DNA of 64,000 bases from an uncultured Candidatus Poseidoniales archaeon. Its GTDB lineage: Archaea; Thermoplasmatota; Poseidoniia; Poseidoniales; Thalassarchaeaceae. The notes beneath the pieces were generated by a model that had not been told where the DNA came from, did not search any database, and was given only the letters and a program-made list of their open reading frames with translations. The stretch is taken from assembly GCA_964401115.1 (NCBI GenBank), contig CAYNXD010000052.1, positions 14-64,013 of the forward strand, in the 5' to 3' direction. Positions within the stretch are counted from its first letter, which is position 1. Every line of letters starts with the position of its first letter. The translations under genes were made by a program, and so were the position numbers. Positions 19,698-28,536 of the stretch are shown here, in pieces.

Positions 19698-21740
19698 ATG
19701 GGATGGCGGAATCTGCAGCAATTCGTGGCCGCTCTTGAGGACGGCAATGAAGTTCTTAGAATCAAGCGTCCTGTTGATGTCGAATTGGAAGCAGGATGCA
19801 TTGCAGATAGAATTGTCAAAATAGGCGGTAAAGCCGTAATCTTTGAACAGCCAAAGCTCCCAAACGGAGAAATTTCTAAAATTCCGTTGGTGATGAATCT
19901 CTTTGGTAGTCACGATAGGGTCAAATTAGCACTGGGTGTCGAAAGGTTGTCAGAAATAGGAGACCGTTTGGTTGGAATGATGAAGCCTGACGTAAACGCC
20001 ATAGCAAAGAAACCATGGAAAGGTATCTCTCTAGCTAGACAAGGTTTGAGAATGGCGCCAAAGCGTGTCAAGAAAGGCGCTTGTCAAGAAATAGTAATGG
20101 AAACGCCCGATTTGACTACACTACCAATTCCGAAAACATGGCCTAATGATGGGGGGCAATTCATTACCCTTCCACTTGTAATTACAAAGGACCCCGTTTC
20201 AGGAGAACAAAATCTTGGAATGTATCGTTCCCAAATTTATGGCCCGACAGAATGTGGACTACATTGGCAAATGCATAAACATGGTGCTGATCATGCTGAT
20301 TCTAGCAAAGAAAATTCTGAACAAATCCCCGTTGCTATTTGTTTAGGTGGGCCGCCTGAATTAATTTTCAGTGCTATTTCTCCACTTCCAGACAATCTTT
20401 CAGAATTTATGTTTGCTTCATTTCTTGGAAATCAAAGAATACACATGGTGAAAGCCAAGACTCAGGACCTAATGGTACCAGCAGAGGCTGAAATTGTAAT
20501 CGAGGGCTACTGCATCCCTGGTGAAACTAGAACTGAAGGTCCATTTGGCGATCACTTTGGTTTGTATAGTCTCGAAGGGGATTATCCGGTAATGCACGTA
20601 ACTGCCATTACCCATCGTTCTGAACCCATGGTACCAATGACCATTGTAGGATTGCCCCCCATGGAAGATGGATATCTAGGAGAGGGGATTGCTGATGCAT
20701 TCCTGCCAGTATTAAATTTTCAGCACCGTGACGTTGTGGATTTATTTACCCCACTTGGAACAGGATTTCATAACTTAGCAATTATCTCATCAAAACAACG
20801 CTATCCTAGACAAGCACGGAAAACATGTCTAGGGCTTTTGGGGGCCGGGCAGTTAATGTTCTCAAAAATCTCAGTTGCTGTTGATCCAGATCATCCAGTG
20901 AAAGATTTGAATGCACTCCTTGATTCGCTACATGAAAAAGTTGATCCTGCCTCAGATTTAATTTCAATTCCTGGTTTAGTTGCCGATACATTAGATTCAT
21001 CATCCCCTTGGGAAAATGTGCATGACAAACTTCTAATTGATGCAACAACCATACCCATAGCAGATCCTCGTAAAGGTGGTGTTGGGCTCCCACGTGGTAC
21101 TAGTTATGACAGTACTCCTGATTGGAGGAGAGGATTAATTGAAGCGCCAGGAGTTTCAGTTGATTTCTGTGCTAGAGTTAGAGCATTAGATTCTGTCTCT
21201 GAAGTTCTCCAACTCAGACCATCTATGCTAGTAATTACTACTAAAATTGATGATTCGCCCAGCCCAATTACTGGAATGGAAGCAATTCTTGACCCTTCTT
21301 CATGGGCTATTCAAGTTGAGGCAAGTCGGGCGCAGAGACAGAAAATTTTTCAATTGATGAATTCAATTTGGCAATTGGAAGAATCCGAGAACTTAAGATG
21401 GCTATTTATTACTGATGATGATGTAAAACTGCATTCTGCAGGAGTAAATAGAAAACTGCTCTGGCAACTGACTGTAAGATTTGACGTTGGGAGAGATCTC
21501 CACTTTGATTCAGAGAGAAAGAGAATATGTTGGGACGCCACCACCCCTATACCCCACCCAGGGCGCCGCGCATTGGAAGAGGCTGGGCAACAAATTTCTG
21601 CACTTGACCCAATTTATCCAATAAGAAGTTGGCCTGCGCTAACATTACACAACGCAGCCACCCTTACCAAGGTAACCAATATGGCTGGTTATGATGGATA
21701 TGAGCAAAGGGCTTGGGAACCTAATGTCACAAGGTGGTAA
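19698..21740 (+). CDS. UbiD-family prFMN-dependent decarboxylase (menaquinone-pathway type) with C-terminal extension
   Basis: MNLFGS, NLGMYR, LHWQMHKHG, AEIVIEG, EGPFGDH; ATG 19698 follows GGAGGGG. Confidence 0.88.
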   Translation: MGWRNLQQFVAALEDGNEVLRIKRPVDVELEAGCIADRIVKIGGKAVIFEQPKLPNGEISKIPLVMNLFGSHDRVKLALGVERLSEIGDRLVGMMKPDVNAIAKKPWKGISLARQGLRMAPKRVKKGACQEIVMETPDLTTLPIPKTWPNDGGQFITLPLVITKDPVSGEQNLGMYRSQIYGPTECGLHWQMHKHGADHADSSKENSEQIPVAICLGGPPELIFSAISPLPDNLSEFMFASFLGNQRIHMVKAKTQDLMVPAEAEIVIEGYCIPGETRTEGPFGDHFGLYSLEGDYPVMHVTAITHRSEPMVPMTIVGLPPMEDGYLGEGIADAFLPVLNFQHRDVVDLFTPLGTGFHNLAIISSKQRYPRQARKTCLGLLGAGQLMFSKISVAVDPDHPVKDLNALLDSLHEKVDPASDLISIPGLVADTLDSSSPWENVHDKLLIDATTIPIADPRKGGVGLPRGTSYDSTPDWRRGLIEAPGVSVDFCARVRALDSVSEVLQLRPSMLVITTKIDDSPSPITGMEAILDPSSWAIQVEASRAQRQKIFQLMNSIWQLEESENLRWLFITDDDVKLHSAGVNRKLLWQLTVRFDVGRDLHFDSERKRICWDATTPIPHPGRRALEEAGQQISALDPIYPIRSWPALTLHNAATLTKVTNMAGYDGYEQRAWEPNVTRW

Positions 21741-21741
21741 T

Positions 21742-22680
21742 ATGGGCGTCAAGAAAATACTTGAGTTTGTTAAGATTGAACACACCCTTTTCTCCCTACC
21801 CTTTGTGCTAATTGGATATATCCTTGCCCACAATCAATTCATTGATGATATCCCTGTTAGTGATTTGGGGTGGTTAAGAATGGATTTATTTTGGATTCTA
21901 ATCGCTGCAGTAGGGGCTCGTGGCCTTGCCATGTCTCTAAATCGCATCATTGATCGAGATGTTGATGCTGCCAACCCTAGAACTGCAAACAGACATTTAG
22001 TATCGGGAGATATGTCGATGCAAACTGCTTGGACTCTATCTGCAATATTCCTTGGTATGCTACTTTTGGGTGCTTGGCAACTCAACCAAGTTGCGCTGAT
22101 GATGGCTTGGCTTCCTGTTTTGGTATTCATTATCTACCCATATACAAAACGTTACACTTGGCTATGCCACTTGTGGCTAGGACTATGTCTAGGTCTTGCA
22201 CCAGCTGGAGCGTGGGTTGCTGTGGCAGCAGACGTCCATGGGTGGGCCGCAATTACCGGGATACACGACACATCTACCGACCTGCTTTGGTATCCAACCA
22301 TTTTCTTTATCTCTCTAGGAGTAGCACTATGGATAACCACCTTCGATATCAACTATGCACGTATGGATGTAGAGAGTGATCGAGAAAATGGAATTCATTC
22401 TTTCCCTTCTCGATTCTCAGAGGAAACAACTACTAGAACATCTGTACAACTAACTCTGTTATGGTTCGCATGTTTCGCGATATCTAATCCCATGGATGAA
22501 ATTTGGTTCCTAGGGGCTGCGGGTCTGATGGCAATTGTGAATATAGCTGTCATACTGGGCAGGGAGAAATTTGCTGATTTCCAAACTATACTATTCCGCG
22601 TTTCCATGCTGACTGGATGGATTCTTCTAGTGGCAATTATATTAATGGAACCGGATAAAGGACTAATGCTAGAGGACTGA
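21742..22680 (+). CDS. UbiA-family prenyltransferase (MqnP-like)
   Basis: FVKIEHTLFSLPF, NRIIDRDVDAANPRT, YPYTKR, FDINYARMD; ATG 21742 follows AGGTGG, 1 nt after the ubiD stop. Confidence 0.9.
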   Translation: MGVKKILEFVKIEHTLFSLPFVLIGYILAHNQFIDDIPVSDLGWLRMDLFWILIAAVGARGLAMSLNRIIDRDVDAANPRTANRHLVSGDMSMQTAWTLSAIFLGMLLLGAWQLNQVALMMAWLPVLVFIIYPYTKRYTWLCHLWLGLCLGLAPAGAWVAVAADVHGWAAITGIHDTSTDLLWYPTIFFISLGVALWITTFDINYARMDVESDRENGIHSFPSRFSEETTTRTSVQLTLLWFACFAISNPMDEIWFLGAAGLMAIVNIAVILGREKFADFQTILFRVSMLTGWILLVAIILMEPDKGLMLED

Positions 22681-22689
22681 GGTGATGAA

Positions 22690-23418
22690 ATGGTGAAATT
22701 AGCAGTAATCACCGGTGGAAGTAGAGGTATTGGAGCCGCCACATCTAGGCGTCTAGCTGCTGAGGGCTACAGACTAATTATCACATATCATACAGATTCT
22801 CAATCTGCTGAAAATGTCATATCAGATGTAAGAGATTTTGGGTGTGATTGTGTCGCAGTAAAAGTAGACTGCTCTGATACTGGCGAGGTGATGATTCTTG
22901 CAGATCACCCATGGGTGCGTGAAGGTGTTGACGCACTGGTATTGAATCATGCAATGTACGAACGAGTGAAGGCCGAGGAGCTGACTCATGAAGCACTTGA
23001 AAAAACAATGAATGTCAATTTTACTGGCTCTTTTTTGGTTTGGAAAGCGCTTTCACCATTCCTTTCGAAATCTGCAGGCATAGTAGTTTTGGGAAGTCAA
23101 TTGGGATTGAAAGGCACAGCAACTGGAGCAGATTATTCTGCCTCAAAAGGTGCCCTGCACGCTTGGGCAAGATCATTGGCAATTGATGTCGCTGAAATAG
23201 GACAGAGAGTAAATGTAATTGCACCAGGAACAATCGATACAGATCTTGTTGCAGAAGATACCCCCATTAAAAGAAACCAGAGAGAATTGGGAATCCCAAT
23301 GAGGAGATTGGGTCAGCCAGAGGAAATTGCCAGTGTAGTTTCATTCCTCTTGTCAGAAGACTCTAGTTACATAACTGGGGCCGTACTACACGTGAATGGT
23401 GGCCTATACCGGCCATAA
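22690..23418 (+). CDS. Short-chain dehydrogenase/reductase (FabG-like)
   Basis: TGGSRGIG, YSASK, VNVIAPG, IPMRRLG, VNGG. Confidence 0.9.
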   Translation: MVKLAVITGGSRGIGAATSRRLAAEGYRLIITYHTDSQSAENVISDVRDFGCDCVAVKVDCSDTGEVMILADHPWVREGVDALVLNHAMYERVKAEELTHEALEKTMNVNFTGSFLVWKALSPFLSKSAGIVVLGSQLGLKGTATGADYSASKGALHAWARSLAIDVAEIGQRVNVIAPGTIDTDLVAEDTPIKRNQRELGIPMRRLGQPEEIASVVSFLLSEDSSYITGAVLHVNGGLYRP

Positions 23419-23446
23419 TCAAGGACAATGAATTCAAGGGGATTTC

Positions 23447-25846
23447 ATGGCTGATGATACGATTGACCCTTTTGATCTATCCAAAGCGATATCTGGCGCC
23501 GCTATTGGAAGGTTAGACCCCACCATTTCTTGTTTCCGTTTGAACGCCGATTATGCCCCTGCTGGTGACCAAAATCAAGCAATTGAAAAAATAATTTCTC
23601 AATTGCAAAATTCACAAGAACGTGCAGTATTGTTAGGAGTAACAGGTTCAGGTAAAACATTCGCCATGGCCCATGTTATTGAGCAACTAAACATCCCCAC
23701 TCTAATTCTTAGCCATAACAAAACATTAGCTAGGCAATTGTGGCAAGAAATGTCTTCACTTTTTCCAGAAAATGCTGTTGAATATTTCGTTAGTCATTAC
23801 GATTACTATCAACCAGAAGCATACCTCCCTAAACGCGATTTGTACATTGATAAAGAGATGCAAATGAATGAAAGAATCGAGCAAGAAAGATTTGCTACTG
23901 TTGCATCGCTCGTCTCTCGACCCGATGTAATAGCAGTCGGAACCGTTTCATCAATATATGGTTTAAATCCACCAGAAACTTTTCTCAAACAGCATGCAAG
24001 AGTGCATGTTGGTCAAGCTATAGAACCATTGGATTTAGTTAAACAACTTGTTGAACTTCAATACCAAAGAGTGACGGGCGAAATTGGTCGTGGCGAAATA
24101 CGTTGTAGAGGTGAAGTTGTTGATGTTTGGATGCCAAGCAGAGATGATCCACTTAGGATTTGTTTTGACTTTGATGGAATTACTAGAATAGATGTATGTG
24201 AAGCAGTGTCATGGGAAACGATAGACGAATTAGACGAGGCATGGATCCACCCTAAAGAATTCTTTATGACCAGCCCAGAACGATTTCGTCAAGCGATGGA
24301 AGATATTGCATTTGAATTGAGTGAAAGAACACATGTACTCGAAAGTGAAGGAAAGGAAATGGAAGCACATAGATTAGAAACCCGCACAAATTTTGATTTA
24401 GAAATGCTATCTGAAACTGGCCATTGCAAAGCAATAGAAAATTATTCTATGCATTTTGACGGGAGAACATATGGAGAGCGCCCCTTCTGCCTTCTAGATT
24501 TCTTAGCTGCTTCAGCAAAGCAATTTCATGGAGATGAAAAGAAATTCCTTGTCATCATGGATGAAAGCCATGTTACATTACCTCAACTAAAAGGGATGTA
24601 TGCCGGAGATAAAGCTCGTAAAGACTCGTTAATTGAACACGGTTTTAGGCTACCTTCGGCAGCCGATAATAGGCCATTAATCATCAATGAATTTCAGAAA
24701 TTGGTACCTCAGATGATATATGTTTCAGCAACACCGGGTGAGAGAGAACTGCGTCATCTTGCAGAGGTAACTGAACAAGAAATACCTAGGGAATTGTTGC
24801 ATGTTCCAGGCGGTGGTGGAGTATATGAGCCCGAGTTATTGAAACCTAAACGCTCTCCTAGTTTGCTAAATACATTGCAAAAAATCAAGGGGGTTGTGAG
24901 AATGGAAATACGACCCACCGGCTTACTAGACCCAAAACTAGAGGTTCGTCCAACTGAGGGACAAGTTCAAGATTTGCTAGATGAAATCAACGAATGTGTC
25001 AAAAATAATGAGAGGGTTTTGGTTACTGTCCTTACAATTAAATTCGCAGAAGAGGTATCTGAATATTTACAACGTACTGGAGTTAAATCCCATTATTTAC
25101 ACTCAGAAATTGATACCATTGAGAGATCTGAAATTATCAAGGCCTTGCGACTTGGCCATATAGATGTCATCGTAGGAATAAATTTGTTAAGAGAAGGACT
25201 TGATATCCCAGAGGTCTCTCTTGTTGCTATTTTTGATGCTGATAGACAAGGATTTTTGAGGAACGAACGTTCTTTACTGCAAACTATTGGAAGAGCATCA
25301 CGTAATGAAAATGGACGTGTTCTGATGTATGCCGATTCCATTTCAGATGCCATGAAATCTGCGATAACTCAAACAGTTGAAAGACGTGAAAGGCAACAAG
25401 ATTTCAATGTCAAAAATCAAATAACACCAAAAACTATCCAAAAAGCACTCCCAGTTATGGGAATTGAAACCGAACAATTGCTTTCGGGAACTTCTGGAAA
25501 GGGGAGCTCTGGTGGGAAAAGATTCGTTGGTGGTGCTTCAGGACAAATTGGAAAAATTAGAGATGAACTAGACATTGCCAAGAAATTTAATCTCGGGTCA
25601 GATGGTTGGGAATCAATTGATAACACCCTCTCTAGAGTGAGTCAGCCAGCGTGGGCTGAAGTTTCAGAATCCCATCTTTCACCTAATACGAATGATGATC
25701 TCAATACTGAACCAAATGTGGAACTAGATAGATTAGTCGTGAGGCTTCAAAAGGAAATGAAAATAGCTGCAAGCAGACTTGAGTTTGAGAAGGCTGCCCA
25801 ATTGAGAGATCGAATTTTCCAATTGGAAAATGCGGGAATGACCTAA
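23447..25846 (+). CDS. uvrB: Excinuclease ABC subunit B
   Basis: GVTGSGKT, HNKTLA, YDYYQPEAY beta-hairpin, DESH, SATPG, INLLREGLDIPEV, QTIGRASR, C-terminal UVR domain (FEKAAQLRD). Confidence 0.96.
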   Translation: MADDTIDPFDLSKAISGAAIGRLDPTISCFRLNADYAPAGDQNQAIEKIISQLQNSQERAVLLGVTGSGKTFAMAHVIEQLNIPTLILSHNKTLARQLWQEMSSLFPENAVEYFVSHYDYYQPEAYLPKRDLYIDKEMQMNERIEQERFATVASLVSRPDVIAVGTVSSIYGLNPPETFLKQHARVHVGQAIEPLDLVKQLVELQYQRVTGEIGRGEIRCRGEVVDVWMPSRDDPLRICFDFDGITRIDVCEAVSWETIDELDEAWIHPKEFFMTSPERFRQAMEDIAFELSERTHVLESEGKEMEAHRLETRTNFDLEMLSETGHCKAIENYSMHFDGRTYGERPFCLLDFLAASAKQFHGDEKKFLVIMDESHVTLPQLKGMYAGDKARKDSLIEHGFRLPSAADNRPLIINEFQKLVPQMIYVSATPGERELRHLAEVTEQEIPRELLHVPGGGGVYEPELLKPKRSPSLLNTLQKIKGVVRMEIRPTGLLDPKLEVRPTEGQVQDLLDEINECVKNNERVLVTVLTIKFAEEVSEYLQRTGVKSHYLHSEIDTIERSEIIKALRLGHIDVIVGINLLREGLDIPEVSLVAIFDADRQGFLRNERSLLQTIGRASRNENGRVLMYADSISDAMKSAITQTVERRERQQDFNVKNQITPKTIQKALPVMGIETEQLLSGTSGKGSSGGKRFVGGASGQIGKIRDELDIAKKFNLGSDGWESIDNTLSRVSQPAWAEVSESHLSPNTNDDLNTEPNVELDRLVVRLQKEMKIAASRLEFEKAAQLRDRIFQLENAGMT
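25814..25831. repeat. Perfect 18-bp palindrome ATTTTCCAATTGGAAAAT inside the uvrB 3' end
   Basis: Read directly; same CAATTG-centred core as the 30.2-30.55 kb cluster. Confidence 0.55.
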
Positions 25847-25885
25847 ACTGATTAATTGAAATCTGCGACCCATGTGAGGCAATAC

Positions 25886-26776
25886 ATGGGGAAGCGTCTT
25901 GAGATTGTAATAATGACTCGCGGCCCAGAGTTATACAGTACTACTAGATTAGCCGCAGCAACTCGCAGAGCTGGCCATGGAGTAAGTTATCTTAATCCAA
26001 CTAGGTGTACTATTGATCTTTCACCAGATGGCGCAACTGTACTATACAATGGAGAGAAGATTGTTCAACCAATGGACTGCATTGTTCCAAGAATTGGGGC
26101 TTCAATAACTCGTCATGGATTAACAATATTAAGACAGTTCCAAGCTGCTGGCATAACAACACTAAACCACAGTAACGGAATAGGTGCTAGCCGAGACAAA
26201 TTAAGAGCATTACAACGGTTTGCATCATCTGAATTACCAATTCCAAGAACTGCTTACGCTAGAGGCGCTGCCGATTTACACCATTGTATAGAGACGGTTG
26301 GTGGCACCCCTGTTGTTCTAAAATTATTAGAGGGCACCCAAGGAGTTGGGGTAATGCGTTGTGACACTGTTGCGAGTGCTGAATCTGTGATTGATGTATT
26401 GGCTAGATTGCATCAACCAATTATTGTTCAGGAATACATTGCTGAATCAAAAGGTTCCGACATCAGAGCTATTGTAGTTGGTGATAAAGTAGTTGCTGCT
26501 ATGCGCAGAACCGGAAAAAGTGAAGATTTTCGAAGTAATATCCACAGAGGGGGGACTGGCGAGAAGGTCGAGTTAGAGCCGGAAATAGAAAAAATCTGTA
26601 TCGATGCTTGTAAAGTTCTTCGACTACGGTTTGCAGGAGTGGATTTATTGGAGTCTAATCGTGGCCCACTACTAATGGAGGTTAATTCATCCCCTGGCCT
26701 AGAGGGGATTGAAAGGGCAACTGGAGTAGATATCGCAAATGAAGTGATTACTGAAATTGAACGGATGTGTTCCTGA
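25886..26776 (+). CDS. rimK: RimK-family ATP-grasp alpha-L-glutamate ligase (bacterial RimK-like)
   Basis: LYSTTRL, PRIGASIT, SRDKLR, KLLEGTQGVGV, QEYIAESKGSDIR, FRSNIHRGG, EVNSSPGLEGIE. Confidence 0.85.
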   Translation: MGKRLEIVIMTRGPELYSTTRLAAATRRAGHGVSYLNPTRCTIDLSPDGATVLYNGEKIVQPMDCIVPRIGASITRHGLTILRQFQAAGITTLNHSNGIGASRDKLRALQRFASSELPIPRTAYARGAADLHHCIETVGGTPVVLKLLEGTQGVGVMRCDTVASAESVIDVLARLHQPIIVQEYIAESKGSDIRAIVVGDKVVAAMRRTGKSEDFRSNIHRGGTGEKVELEPEIEKICIDACKVLRLRFAGVDLLESNRGPLLMEVNSSPGLEGIERATGVDIANEVITEIERMCS

Positions 26777-26815
26777 CCGTTGCTTTCATGATTAATTGGC
26801 TATTCGGGTGTAATC

Positions 26816-27817
26816 ATGGTAGAGCCGAACGACTTCGATCTTCCCGTGGAAGATTACAAATTCTCTAGCATAACTAGCCCATCTACTCTGATAGACCAAA
26901 TGGCAAAGGCCGGTGGATTCACTGCAACGAAACTAGCCACCGCTAGAGACGTACTGATTTCAATGTTTAAAGGACTAGACGATTCCAATAATTCGAACGA
27001 GAAAAACAGTCACCTAAATTGGCTATCTTTTCCAGCTTGTCTTTGCGCAACTGGGACTAGAGGATTCTTTGTTGAATCTATAAAAAGAAGTCGATTTAAC
27101 GTAATTGTAACAACGTGTGGAACGCTTGATCATGATATTGCCCGAACTTTTAGAGACTACTACCACGGAGCATTTGAACTCGATGACATTGAGCTTGGAG
27201 AAGACGGATTGAACCGGCTTGGAAATGTAATTGTGCCCAACGCAAGTTATGGTGATATCATAGAAGAAATCTTGATGCCAATGCTACAAGAAATTGATGA
27301 GGAGCGGAGAAAAGAAAATCCAGAAAATCCTTGGGCTGGTTTTGGTAGTGTGGAACTTTGTTGGGCAATTGGTGACAGAATAGAAAATGAAAATAGCCTA
27401 CTACACTGGGCAGCTAGGAATCGAATACCAATTGTAATCCCTGGTATTTACGATGGTTCTGTAGGGGCACAACTATTCATGCATCGACAAAGAGCTGGTG
27501 ATTTTAATTTGGATCTTCTAGCAGATCAGCAACTACTCTCAGACATGGTTTGGACTGCAGATTCTTCACACGCGTTGATGATTGGTGGAGGGATTTCGAA
27601 ACATCATGTCATTTGGTGGAATCAGTATCGTGGTGGGTTAGATTCTGCAGTACAAATCACTACAGCACCCGAGCATGATGGTTCGTTATCTGGGGCCCGG
27701 TTACGCGAAGCAATTAGTTGGGGGAAAGTTCGAGCTGACGCAGCCCAAATTGTAGTTGAAGGAGATGCTTCCTTGCTGTTACCACTGTTAGGTGCTAGCC
27801 TCTTTGCAGAGGAATAA
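26816..27817 (+). CDS. dys: Deoxyhypusine synthase
   Basis: GGFTA, TGTRG, NRLGNV, GGGISKHH, DGSLSGARLREAISWGK (catalytic Lys). Confidence 0.95.
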   Translation: MVEPNDFDLPVEDYKFSSITSPSTLIDQMAKAGGFTATKLATARDVLISMFKGLDDSNNSNEKNSHLNWLSFPACLCATGTRGFFVESIKRSRFNVIVTTCGTLDHDIARTFRDYYHGAFELDDIELGEDGLNRLGNVIVPNASYGDIIEEILMPMLQEIDEERRKENPENPWAGFGSVELCWAIGDRIENENSLLHWAARNRIPIVIPGIYDGSVGAQLFMHRQRAGDFNLDLLADQQLLSDMVWTADSSHALMIGGGISKHHVIWWNQYRGGLDSAVQITTAPEHDGSLSGARLREAISWGKVRADAAQIVVEGDASLLLPLLGASLFAEE

Positions 27818-27832
27818 ACCTACTAAATAGCA

Positions 27833-28495
27833 CTACGGTAATTGATGAGCAATGCTTTCCATCAAACCGATTCTAAATGGAACCACAGGGTGCCATCCGT
27901 TTAATCCAGCCTTTTGGCAAGCGGTATGAAGTGGGCCAAGGTTAGGCCTAGGTGGTGAAACTATTGGCTCGATATTAGGTTCAAAAATTTTCAAATTATC
28001 TAATTGAAAAGTCTTTGATTCCGCTGCTTTCACTCTTTTGAAAAGCATCTCTAATTCACTTGACATCGCTTCATGGCTCCAGCAACGCCTGCCACTAACA
28101 TCAATCACGCCATTCGGTAGATTAGCAAATAACACCGAAATCATATCTACTACATCGCGGACATGAATCCAGTACCTTGCATCACCTTGAGGTCTTTCCC
28201 CAATAGGGTTATTCAACCACAAAATTTGGTGTTCTATTTCCTTTGGCCCCCACCCCCCAGAACCACTAGGAATGTACAAGTCATGCAACACCAATTCACA
28301 ATGAACCTCACAAGGGTATGGATTACTTGTTGAGGGGCGGTTTACTAATTCACATTCTACTGCTGGACCTGAATGCCAGCAGACGATGTGGACGCCATCG
28401 GGCGAATCTGTATTGATTTCTATTCTCTCAAGTCTCTCTTTTAATGACAAAAAGAAACCATCTTCTTCTCCTTGAAGGGTTACCATATTTGGCAT
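27833..28495 (-). CDS. Hypothetical protein resembling the C-terminal half of an NAD-dependent epimerase/extended SDR (degenerate)
   Basis: RYWIHVRDVVD resembles RDFIHVxD; C-terminal GWHPVVPFRIGL; no GxxGxxG or YxxxK; ATG 28495 follows GGAGGTG. Confidence 0.55.
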   Translation of the reverse strand: MPNMVTLQGEEDGFFLSLKERLERIEINTDSPDGVHIVCWHSGPAVECELVNRPSTSNPYPCEVHCELVLHDLYIPSGSGGWGPKEIEHQILWLNNPIGERPQGDARYWIHVRDVVDMISVLFANLPNGVIDVSGRRCWSHEAMSSELEMLFKRVKAAESKTFQLDNLKIFEPNIEPIVSPPRPNLGPLHTACQKAGLNGWHPVVPFRIGLMESIAHQLP

Positions 28496-28536
28496 CGTCC
28501 CACCTCCCATGTACTTTGACATATTAATTTACAATA

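Noticed and set aside
21691..21741. Apparent 50-bp ubiD/ubiA overlap
   Set aside because: Disappears with the SD-supported ATG at 21742.
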